Shown: positions 36,989 through 45,755 of the stretch, in pieces | Position numbering within the stretch: the first letter of the stretch is position 1 | Layout of the letters: every line of letters begins with the position of its first letter | DNA from: Candidatus Pacearchaeota archaeon | GTDB taxonomy: Archaea; Nanobdellota; Nanobdellia; Pacearchaeales; GW2011-AR1 | Assembly: GCA_016866995.1 (NCBI GenBank) | Contig: VGKQ01000001.1 | Coordinates: 16,194 to 80,193 of the forward strand | DNA: 64,000 nt | Direction of reading: 5' to 3' | Position numbers and translations under genes: made by a program | Notes under the pieces: generated by a model | Told to the model about the DNA's origin: nothing | The model's input: only the letters and a program-made list of their open reading frames with translations | The model's database searches: none

Positions 36989-39900
36989 TTATGCTGCTCT
37001 ATTATATGTCCTCACTTTAATTGAACATCCATAAGGCTCATTTCTCCACGCATCTCTGCACTTGATATAATAATTCTGCTGGCTATTCCATTCAGCAAAA
37101 TGCTCCTGAGTAAATCCTCCCTGCATTAATGTTCCATTTTCAAATATAAACCCGCAGTTCTTGTCTGTTCTCGAGTAGGCACATTCTGAATTTTCATTTG
37201 TGAAAATATACAGGTCTCCTTGTGAATTGTAAACTCGGGTTACATATGGCGCAGAAGTGTCAACACTCAATTTGAAATTTGAGCTTGCAGTTGCATAATT
37301 AAATCCAGCATCAACACATATAACATCAAGATTATATTCGCCTGCCGGCATTGATGTCAGTGTTGCTCTATGCACATTTGAGCCAGTGTTTCTAAATATA
37401 TCATACCAGTTTCCAATTACCCACGAGCATATTGCCTTTCCATTTTCTGCTCCTCCTGAAGTTTCTGCTCTCAAGTTAATAGAAATTGGCTCAGAGCCAA
37501 AAGAAAATGTCCCATTTGGCTCAATTTTAGTTATAGTCAGCTGGGTTTGTGGCACTTTTAATTTATAGACATAACTTTCTACATTTACATTCCTGTTTGA
37601 TTGATTTGCAGTTCCTTCCCATTCTGGATGATCCTTGCATTTAAAATAAAATGTATTCTCGCCTTTTGCCAAATTTGTTAAAGTTGTATTGCACTGCCAT
37701 AATAAACTATTTGAGTTGCATACAAATGAATTTTCCATTGCTGTATAATTCTTATCCTGTTTGCTCCATCTGCAGTCAGCTTTTTCATTTACAAAAATAT
37801 TTATTTCCTTGTCAGTTTGATTGAAAGCAACAAAAGCATTATTTAATGGATTGGTTGATACTATCATCGGCGCTGTTTTGTCAGGCCCCTCTCTTGTGCA
37901 TATATCAATTACATATTCCTGGCTGGATTTTCCAAAAGCATCCTGGCATCTTGTATAAAGCCTCATACTTCCAAGTTTATCAAGTACAAATTGTATTTCT
38001 GCATCTGACTGGTTTAAACCAAGCAGTTCTGCAGCAGCTTCTCTGCTTGGCATTGAAAACCCCATGGAATGATTTTCAAGATATAAATTTGAGTCTCCAA
38101 AATATTCAGCCATGTCTTCGTATTTTGCCTTGCTTGCAACATCAATCTTGCACTGGGAAATTTTATCTGTTTTTATTCCAAACAAGAAAGGAGTAAATAC
38201 AGGAATGCAGCTTCCATCTTTCTCTCTGATTTTAAATCCAGTATTGCTCACATTCATATATGAAAAATTTCCATTTAAAATTTCATACCATGGAGAAATT
38301 ACAGGAGCCTGCCCATTATCTGCAACAGCTGAGCATTTTTCCTGAGATGTTCCCTCGTTAAAAAACCGGCACGCTGTTCCAAGTGACTGGCATCTATATT
38401 TTGAGCACGGCTTTAATGCATCTTGTGAACATTTGTCACAATCACTTCCGCCAACAGGAGGCTGCCACGGCTTGCATGTATATGTTACTTTAACTGTCTT
38501 GCATACTTTTCCAACCCCCATGATTTCGAAAAATGACATGATAATAATTGCCACAATTACTCCAAAAACTATATTGCCTATACTTAATCCTCCAATTCCA
38601 ATTCCTGAAGCAGAAATACCTCCTTCGAGAGCTCCAGTTAAAGCATAAGTTAAGGCTTGGCCAAAACTCCAGCCATATACATTCATTCCATAAATAGTAG
38701 CAGCAGTATATGCTGCAGTCACTCCTGCAGCAGTTCCTGCAAACATTCCTGTTTGGCTTGTCTGAATTCCAAGCATTCTTAAAATAAGAGGAGCAATTGT
38801 CATGATTATTGCTGTAACCACTAATAAATTTGAAAACGCTGTTATAACTGCGCCAGGAGTTACTCCTGAAGTTATCGGCGCTGGAGGAGTTGTTATTCCT
38901 TCTGCAGCTGCAATTTCTCCAACACTTCCAACACTATTGCCAGCACTATCTAACAAAATTGTATCTGCAGCCAAATTTATTGACTCTCCCCCCATTGCCG
39001 TAGGAGCAACACTTATTTCAGGGCTATATGGAACATAAAATAAACTAGGCCCACTTTGTCCAGTAAGTTCAATAATAGCCATTTTTGTTCCTCCTTCACT
39101 AAGATAAGCAAATCCTTGAAATGTTGCAGGCACGCTTGTAGCACCAGATGCAGCCCCTCCTGCCCCTCCACCCCCACTAAAAATTCCTGCAAACATAGAA
39201 CTTTCTCTTGCTCCAACCACCCCCTTAGTCAGGCTGGAAAGAGCAGTTCCTCCATTCATATAATCAATAATCAACCCAGCTCCTGCAATTCCCAACCCAT
39301 ACATTAAATTTGCTTCTTTCTCTTTTTCTCCTCCAGGCATTCCAAGCTCCTGCAATGAAGTTAAGTTTCCTACAAGTTGTTGAATTGTTCCTGATTCTAC
39401 TTTCTGTCCAGCAACAGGAGTTGCATATTTTTTATACTGCTCTAATAAAATTTTGGGAGCTCCAGAAACAGTGTATCCTGCATCTGTAACTTTTCCAAGA
39501 ATATTTACATAAGCACCGCAATCTCCAAGTGAAATGCACAAGTCATTCATCTGCTGTGTGAATCCAATTTTCTCGCAGTTGCAGTTCTGCTCGCACTTGC
39601 ATTTCCCCTTCATATCTTTAATATAAATGACAGTGCATGTCTGAGTAGCCATTCCGCAAATCTGCTCAGCAGCTTTTCCTCCTGCTTCTGTTGACAAGTC
39701 AAATCCTTCTGGATATTTTGGAGCGCAAATGTCAAACTTAAATCCCTTGTCAACATTTACATTTTTTACAAAACAATCAAATCCAGTGCATCCATCTTTA
39801 TTTGCATTTGAGTTTATGCACTTCTGCCACTGATTCACTCGGCAAGAAGCACTTGAAAATTCCCCTAATGCAGTAGAAGTATCACTCTGAACACAAATTT

Positions 39901-41053
39901 CATTCCTGAAATCAGCGCACGGCTCTGATTTCACCTCGCCTTCAATGCAGGAATATTTAAAATGCCGAGAGCCAACAACATCACTTGAAAATTTATTACC
40001 TTCAACAACACCAATGCTTCCGTCATAAACACACCAAGATTCCCCGTTTCTTCTATCCTGCTTTCCGACATTGGCAGGAGCATTTTTACAAGATAAATCA
40101 GAGCAGATATAATTTCCTTTGTCTGGCTTTATTCCTGTCTCTTTATAATCCTTGCACTTGCTACCAAGATAATAATTGCAGTTTCCGCAAGTCTTGCTTC
40201 CTGCGTTTCCGTTTGCAGATTCAAGAAAACACGAATTTTCTTTTGGAATTATTCTCTCCCAGTAGCTCTGGTTGTTTATTTGGGAGACATAATAAATATT
40301 CGCAGGATTCCCGCACGTGTCCTTGAAATAAACTTCATCTCTTCCATCCACGCATGTTGTTTCTTCTGTTTTAGTGCACGAAGAATTCAGCAAACTTGAT
40401 GTGCATAAAATATCCTGGTAGAAATTATTATTTCTTCCTGTTAGTGATGAACACTCCTGTCCTGTCAGAATTTTGCATCCGCCATTATTAAGCATACAAG
40501 CTCCCTTTTTCTGCGCCATGCCAAGTGCCAGGCAGCTGAATTCTGTATTTACTGCTGCCCTGAAATCTGTTCTTAATCCTGATTCTGCAGACAATTTCTC
40601 GCACCTTCTGCTCGTAACAAACATTGTGTTTCCTCCAAGAATACAGCATCCAAGCCTGCATTCAGGAACAGAATTTATATTGCAGTTTTCGCTTTCATCC
40701 CAGCTCCCATGCTGTCTTATACAGGTTGCTTTTGGAGAATTTACAGAACAGGTTCCTTCTTCAGCATCATAACAGCACCCTGTCTGATAGTCAGAAAGTT
40801 CAGAGCATTTTGTAGGCAGGCATGTTTTTGTGCATTCTTGTGCGCAAGTGCTTGAAGGATAATCTTGTCCAAGTCTTCCATATTTGTCTTCAGGACAGCA
40901 TTGTTCATTTTCAGCGCTTGCTTCATCAATGCTTGCAATCATCCATGCAAAAGCAAAAGTTGAAAGAACAAGAATAAATATCTGCAGATAGCTTACTCCT
41001 GCTTTTCCTTTTATCAATTTATTTCTGTTTATTTTTACAATTTCCTTTTTCAT
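36989..41053 (-). CDS. Giant cysteine-rich membrane/surface protein (1354 aa) = N-module + Gly-rich TM region + C-module
   Basis: The N-terminal half is homologous to 34331..36157. The C-terminal half is homologous to 31198..33573. The central Gly/Ala-rich hydrophobic segment is like the N-terminus of the 791-aa protein. Confidence 0.65.
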   Translation of the reverse strand: MKKEIVKINRNKLIKGKAGVSYLQIFILVLSTFAFAWMIASIDEASAENEQCCPEDKYGRLGQDYPSSTCAQECTKTCLPTKCSELSDYQTGCCYDAEEGTCSVNSPKATCIRQHGSWDESENCNINSVPECRLGCCILGGNTMFVTSRRCEKLSAESGLRTDFRAAVNTEFSCLALGMAQKKGACMLNNGGCKILTGQECSSLTGRNNNFYQDILCTSSLLNSSCTKTEETTCVDGRDEVYFKDTCGNPANIYYVSQINNQSYWERIIPKENSCFLESANGNAGSKTCGNCNYYLGSKCKDYKETGIKPDKGNYICSDLSCKNAPANVGKQDRRNGESWCVYDGSIGVVEGNKFSSDVVGSRHFKYSCIEGEVKSEPCADFRNEICVQSDTSTALGEFSSASCRVNQWQKCINSNANKDGCTGFDCFVKNVNVDKGFKFDICAPKYPEGFDLSTEAGGKAAEQICGMATQTCTVIYIKDMKGKCKCEQNCNCEKIGFTQQMNDLCISLGDCGAYVNILGKVTDAGYTVSGAPKILLEQYKKYATPVAGQKVESGTIQQLVGNLTSLQELGMPGGEKEKEANLMYGLGIAGAGLIIDYMNGGTALSSLTKGVVGARESSMFAGIFSGGGGAGGAASGATSVPATFQGFAYLSEGGTKMAIIELTGQSGPSLFYVPYSPEISVAPTAMGGESINLAADTILLDSAGNSVGSVGEIAAAEGITTPPAPITSGVTPGAVITAFSNLLVVTAIIMTIAPLILRMLGIQTSQTGMFAGTAAGVTAAYTAATIYGMNVYGWSFGQALTYALTGALEGGISASGIGIGGLSIGNIVFGVIVAIIIMSFFEIMGVGKVCKTVKVTYTCKPWQPPVGGSDCDKCSQDALKPCSKYRCQSLGTACRFFNEGTSQEKCSAVADNGQAPVISPWYEILNGNFSYMNVSNTGFKIREKDGSCIPVFTPFLFGIKTDKISQCKIDVASKAKYEDMAEYFGDSNLYLENHSMGFSMPSREAAAELLGLNQSDAEIQFVLDKLGSMRLYTRCQDAFGKSSQEYVIDICTREGPDKTAPMIVSTNPLNNAFVAFNQTDKEINIFVNEKADCRWSKQDKNYTAMENSFVCNSNSLLWQCNTTLTNLAKGENTFYFKCKDHPEWEGTANQSNRNVNVESYVYKLKVPQTQLTITKIEPNGTFSFGSEPISINLRAETSGGAENGKAICSWVIGNWYDIFRNTGSNVHRATLTSMPAGEYNLDVICVDAGFNYATASSNFKLSVDTSAPYVTRVYNSQGDLYIFTNENSECAYSRTDKNCGFIFENGTLMQGGFTQEHFAEWNSQQNYYIKCRDAWRNEPYGCSIKVRTYNRAA

Positions 41054-41201
41054 TTTTTATATTTATATAACCTATTCTGCTTCTCTTCTAAAGAGAAGAT
41101 TTATACAAGATAAATCGCGCCTTTCTTCTTTACGAAAAGCACCCTGTTCTTTTCATTTTTTCTCTTTTTTTTCATTGTTCCTTTTTACAAATTTATATTT
41201 A

Positions 41202-41981
41202 TTAAAATCCTGCAGGAATTGCGCAGCTTCTTATTGCAATATTTAGTTTTTTGTTTGTGTATCTGTCATTAATAATATAAATTTTTGATGAATTTTCTCC
41301 AGAGCCGACTGGTTTTTTATCTATGCTGAAGTCTTTATGCATAATCATATAACCAAGATATTCAAAGTTGCAGTATTTTGCCTCTTCATTTGCAATATCC
41401 ATAGCAACAATTCCAAGATTATAAAGAGGAGAGTTGAATGCTGTTTTAAATGAATCAAATCTTCTTGTTTCCTGGTTTTTTTCAGTATTAAAAATCCTGT
41501 TTATTTTTATCTGAACATTGCCTGTTCCAAGAATTGTGCTTACATTCATTCCTTCCATTTTTACATTATGACTTTTGGCTTCTAATTCTGTTTTTAGTTG
41601 ATTAAAGCACAAATCAATTTTTCCTGTAATATAATTTGTAATCTCGTTTTCAAAATGCTCTATAAAAAGAGGAGTCTGCATAATGCACGGTTGATAATTT
41701 GCTTTAATATAGCAGAGATATGCAACTTTTGTATCATTATATAGCTTATAGTTTACAGGATTCAAGTAGCCCCCCTGAGGAAGCATTATATCTATTGCTT
41801 CAGATGCAGCATCTCGCGCGCATTTTTCAATATATGCCTGCGGATTGTCCATGCTCGGCCTCTGCATTTCTGGTTTTGTCTTTGATATTATAATAAAAAA
41901 TATTGCAATTCCCGCCACAATTATTACTGCAATAATTATGAATATTGTGATTTGCGCTTTATTTTTCATTTTGCCAGCCAC
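41202..41981 (-). CDS. Pilin-like small membrane-anchored protein (259 aa), paralog of 36173..36940
   Basis: The N-terminus MAGKMKNKAQITIFIIIAVIIVAGIAIFF has the KA|Q class III motif. Confidence 0.5.
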   Translation of the reverse strand: MAGKMKNKAQITIFIIIAVIIVAGIAIFFIIISKTKPEMQRPSMDNPQAYIEKCARDAASEAIDIMLPQGGYLNPVNYKLYNDTKVAYLCYIKANYQPCIMQTPLFIEHFENEITNYITGKIDLCFNQLKTELEAKSHNVKMEGMNVSTILGTGNVQIKINRIFNTEKNQETRRFDSFKTAFNSPLYNLGIVAMDIANEEAKYCNFEYLGYMIMHKDFSIDKKPVGSGENSSKIYIINDRYTNKKLNIAIRSCAIPAGF

Positions 41982-42151
41982 AAGTTCACCCCCTCTTTTT
42001 TTATTCTCTCAACCTTTCCTTCAATAACAAGCTCGAGAAATATTTTCTCAGCAGTATTCCAAGAAATTCCAAGCTCTTTTGCAAGCTCAGAAGTAGTCAT
42101 CACCTTTTCTTCCTTTAACAGTTTAATCACCTTTTCTTTATGAATATTCAT
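41966..42151 (-). CDS. Small winged-helix DNA-binding protein (61 aa) at the head of the surface-module operon
   Basis: ...MTTSELAKELGISWNTAEKIFLELVIEGKVERIKK... is wHTH-like. It overlaps the start of 41202..41981 by 16 nt. Confidence 0.5.
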   Translation of the reverse strand: MNIHKEKVIKLLKEEKVMTTSELAKELGISWNTAEKIFLELVIEGKVERIKKEGVNLWLAK

Positions 42152-42228
42152 AATAATATTAATAATATTAAACCTCTTTTTATTATTATGTTAAATATGT
42201 TGTATATAGTTATGAATATACATATTTA

Positions 42229-42396
42229 AATCTTCCGAAATAGGAAGATTTACGTCTGGAAATCTTAAACTTGTAAAAGTTTAATGAGTTAGAAAATCAA
42301 TTTCTAAACCTCTTCTAGAGGTTTATTTACATCAACTGTTTTGGTTGATGTGTTGTGCTGATAAGCACGACATTTGGAAACCTTTTTTAAAGGTTT
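42229..42396 (+). other. Highly structured intergenic region between PCNA and the wHTH gene, with four perfect hairpins
   Basis: Hairpin 1 is aatcttcc-gaaata-ggaagatt (42229-42250). Hairpin 2 is aaacctct-tct-agaggttt (42305-42323). Hairpin 3 is catcaac-tgttttg-gttgatg (42329-42349). Hairpin 4 is aaacct-tttttaa-aggttt (42378-42396). Confidence 0.4.
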
Positions 42397-42498
42397 ATTT
42401 TAAACCTTTCTCATCGAAGAAATCAGAAATAGATTATTAATCTTCTATGAAACCTGGCATTTATTATACTATTAATATACTATTAATTTTGCCTCATG

Positions 42499-43224
42499 TC
42501 AGTCTTCGTTCTCAACTCTAGGAGCGAGAACAAAAACAAGCTCGGCTTTCTCAGCCTTAAATTCAATTTTTAAAGGATAATCATCAGAAAAATTTATCTT
42601 TATCTTGTCAGTAAGCTTTCCTGCCTTTGAGAATTTCTGCAGGTATTCAAGCGAGTATTTTGATTTTGCATTTATCCCATCTATCTTCACCTCATCGCCT
42701 GAAAACTCATTTCTCGCAGAATTTAATCCTTTTGCTTCAATTATAAACTTGCTGTCCTTGACTGCAAAAGAGCACGAATCAGCGACAATAGAACAGTCTT
42801 CAATTGAATCTGAAAAATCCTGAGAAGACATTTCAATCTTGCTTGAAAAATCCAGATTTGGCACTTGCTTGTCCTCTGCTTCTATATCTATTAACGCAAG
42901 AGTAAAAACTCTTTTTATCTTGTCTTGTATTTCTATTTTCAGAGTATTATCTTCTGTCTGCATTATCAAGCTCGAGCCAGCCCCCGCTCTTCTTAATATT
43001 GATTTCAAACTGTCCAAGCCCACCCCCAGTGTCTCATCTGTAACTTCAAAACTTGAGAATGCGTGGTTTGGAAGAATAAATGATACAAGAGCAACATTTG
43101 CGGGGTCTATTGCAACAATCCTCAATCCATCCCTGTCCACTTTTATCTTCACCTCTGTTACAAGTTCAGATATTATTCCAATAACATCTGACAGTATTTT
43201 TGGGCTGTCTAATTTTACTAGCAT
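42499..43224 (-). CDS. pcn: DNA polymerase sliding clamp PCNA
   Basis: It is a 241-aa two-domain PCNA fold sequence (...VKIKVDRDGLRIVAIDPANVALVSF..., ...LAPRVE). Confidence 0.9.
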   Translation of the reverse strand: MLVKLDSPKILSDVIGIISELVTEVKIKVDRDGLRIVAIDPANVALVSFILPNHAFSSFEVTDETLGVGLDSLKSILRRAGAGSSLIMQTEDNTLKIEIQDKIKRVFTLALIDIEAEDKQVPNLDFSSKIEMSSQDFSDSIEDCSIVADSCSFAVKDSKFIIEAKGLNSARNEFSGDEVKIDGINAKSKYSLEYLQKFSKAGKLTDKIKINFSDDYPLKIEFKAEKAELVFVLAPRVENED

Positions 43225-43363
43225 GCTTATTAAAATCTAGAACCATATTTAAAGATTATTATAATGAATTAACATATAATTATATAAATCTTCTTCTCTT
43301 ATAGAGAAGCAGAAGACATTTATAAAAAATACAAAAAGAGGAAAATTATATTTGGAGGCTAAT

Positions 43364-44842
43364 TTGGAAAAGAAAAAAATTCAGCAACTGGCAGTATTTT
43401 ATTATTCAAGAAAAGATGTTCAACAAGCAATTTTTAAATTCTGCCATAATAGAGAGGCAATTCCAAGATATTATGAAGGATTTGGAAAGCGCCCGGATTC
43501 TTTTGAGTATCCAGGAGATATTATTTCTCAAGTTCAGAAAGGAGCAACAAGCTTTCATTGTTCAGAGGAATTATGGAATAATCCCATGGAAATATCAACA
43601 GAATTAAGCAAAGAACAGTTAAATCAGCTTAGAAAAGGCTGGGATTTGCTTATAGATATAGACTGCAAGTGGTTTGATTACAGCAAAAAAGCAGCCCTTG
43701 CTGTAATTCATGCTTTAAAAAGGCATGGAATTAAAAATATCTCAGTTAAATTTTCAGGAAGCAAGGGTTTTCATATTATTATTCCATGGAAAGCGTTTCC
43801 AGAAGAGATTAATGGAATAAAAACCAGCGAGATGTTCCCAGAATGGGCAAGAATAATCTGCGAGTATCTTAAATTTTCATCCCGCGATTTTCTGGAGAAA
43901 GAAATTCTCGAGTCTGGAGAAGAATACAAAAAGCTAGGAAATGCAGGAATTAAGTGCAACAATTGCGGCAATCTGGCTGAAAAATTCAAGGAAATAAGCT
44001 ATTTCTGCGATAGCTGCAAAATTCAGGAAACTTCAAAAGTCAAAGAAGAAAAGCCAAGAAAATGCTCTCACTGCAGAAAAGAGATGATAAAAAAAGCCGA
44101 GCGCGAGTTTTTTTTCTGCCAGAAATGCAAAATCAACTCGAATGATGACGAGAAAAATTTTTCTCCATCAATAGATATTTTTGGAATTTTGGGACTTGAT
44201 CTTGTTCTGGTATCTCCCCGCCATCTTTTCCGATGCCCATATTCTCTTCATGAAAAAACAGGATTTTCTTCTGTAGTTTTAGATGAGGCAGAAATAAAAA
44301 ATTTCCAGCCAAGCGACGCAGATGTTATGAAAATAAAAATCCGCGAGTTTTATCCAAGAGCAGAAAAGGAAGAGGCAAAAACTCTTTTTTCAAATGCTCT
44401 TGAGTGGCACGGAGAGAATATTAGAAGAAAAGAAAGCACAGAAAAAAAAGAAATTAAAACAACAGGAAAGAAGTTAGAGGAAATTAATGTTGACAAATCA
44501 AATATTGTTTATCCTCCATCAATCAAAAAGATTTTAGAAGGCATGGAAGACGGAAAAAAGAGAGCCTTATTTATCTTGCTGAATTTTTTCAGAAGCTTGA
44601 ATTTCTCCAGAGAAGAAACAGAAAAGAAAATTGAGGAATGGAACAAGAATAACAAGAAACAATTAAAAGAAGGATATATAATCTCTCAGTTAGATTGGAC
44701 ATTCAGGCAGAAAAAAATGCTTCCTCCAAACTATGACAAGCCTTTTTACAAGGATATAGGAATTTTTCCAGATGATGAAGAAATTAGGCTGAAAAATCCT
44801 GTCTCATATGTTGTAAGAAAGTCGAGATGGGTGAAAAAATAA
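43364..44842 (+). CDS. priS: DNA primase small subunit PriS (archaeo-eukaryotic primase) with Zn-ribbon inserts and a C-terminal helical extension
   Basis: LLIDIDCKW is the DxD motif and FSGSKGFHIIIP is the SGxxGxH motif. The Cys pairs are CNNCGN...CDSCK and CSHC...CQKC. The likely start is TTG 43364, which sits 5 nt after GGAGG. The track start 43352 is also a TTG and is in frame. Confidence 0.8.
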   Translation: MEKKKIQQLAVFYYSRKDVQQAIFKFCHNREAIPRYYEGFGKRPDSFEYPGDIISQVQKGATSFHCSEELWNNPMEISTELSKEQLNQLRKGWDLLIDIDCKWFDYSKKAALAVIHALKRHGIKNISVKFSGSKGFHIIIPWKAFPEEINGIKTSEMFPEWARIICEYLKFSSRDFLEKEILESGEEYKKLGNAGIKCNNCGNLAEKFKEISYFCDSCKIQETSKVKEEKPRKCSHCRKEMIKKAEREFFFCQKCKINSNDDEKNFSPSIDIFGILGLDLVLVSPRHLFRCPYSLHEKTGFSSVVLDEAEIKNFQPSDADVMKIKIREFYPRAEKEEAKTLFSNALEWHGENIRRKESTEKKEIKTTGKKLEEINVDKSNIVYPPSIKKILEGMEDGKKRALFILLNFFRSLNFSREETEKKIEEWNKNNKKQLKEGYIISQLDWTFRQKKMLPPNYDKPFYKDIGIFPDDEEIRLKNPVSYVVRKSRWVKK

Positions 44843-45754
44843 TTAATCATCTCTATAAGGAGTTGCTCCAATATTTGTTAAGATGTCTTTTTTGTGCTGA
44901 GAATAATCTCTCTCTACAACTTTTTTTTGTCTTTTAATTTTTGCCAAATCAACATAATGGGCTGCTTCTAAAATAAGGGCTTGTTCAGCTGCTTCAATCA
45001 ATGTTCTATCTTTAACACCATATCTCTCTATTGCTATTAAAGCCCTCGTTGCAGGAAGTTGTTCTTCTTTAACTTCAAAACCAAATCTTCTCATTAATCC
45101 ATTTAATCCATATTTCCAAAAATCAGTTTTCCTGCTTAATAATTCTCTTGCTAGGGCTTCTCCAAATTCAACCCTTCTTCCAAGTTCATCAAGAAAGCTG
45201 ACATGCATATTATTAAGAATTTTTTCAAGATTTCTGCATGTCCAATGAGCACAACCTTCACATGCATGCCCGATTTCATCAATCCTATTTTGATGAAAAA
45301 GCATTTCTCCAATTCCATGTTGATATTCAAATGGAATCTCATCACTAATCTTGCTAATTTCAGCAATCTTGCTATAAATTTCTCTAAAATCATAAGTCTC
45401 ACATGAATCCTTTTGTGTCATTCTTTCAATCTTCGCTTCCACACTGCCAGCTTTATTCTGCATATCCTCCATGCACCCTTTGACTAAAGGGCTACCCCCT
45501 TCTTGAGCCTTGGATAATCCTTTCCATATTTCTCTAAATTTTGGGGCATGCAAAACAAAAGCTTTGAGAATAATTTTCTTTCCTTTTTCTCTTAACTCTG
45601 CCCCGCCATTTTCATAACATATCCCGTCTTTCTTATTAGGTTCCCAATCCCAATGAAAGTATCTTCCTTTATTTCTTGAATCATAAGTTCCAACTACTTG
45701 TTTTCTAAATCTTTCCATCAAATCTTTAAATTGTCTTAATTGATTATCTTCCAT
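44843..45754 (-). CDS. Hypothetical protein (303 aa), compositionally distinct (GC-elevated)
   Basis: It has a CxxC-containing segment HACEGCAHWTC and no assignable family. Its start is 1 nt from the stop of the upstream gene. Confidence 0.4.
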   Translation of the reverse strand: MEDNQLRQFKDLMERFRKQVVGTYDSRNKGRYFHWDWEPNKKDGICYENGGAELREKGKKIILKAFVLHAPKFREIWKGLSKAQEGGSPLVKGCMEDMQNKAGSVEAKIERMTQKDSCETYDFREIYSKIAEISKISDEIPFEYQHGIGEMLFHQNRIDEIGHACEGCAHWTCRNLEKILNNMHVSFLDELGRRVEFGEALARELLSRKTDFWKYGLNGLMRRFGFEVKEEQLPATRALIAIERYGVKDRTLIEAAEQALILEAAHYVDLAKIKRQKKVVERDYSQHKKDILTNIGATPYRDD

Positions 45755-45755
45755 T

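Noticed and set aside
42229-42480. Possible oriC / ORB elements next to PCNA and primase
   Set aside because: There is no orc1/cdc6 gene and no convincing ORB consensus (only a partial tggaaacc). The hairpins are reported as structured DNA/RNA instead.
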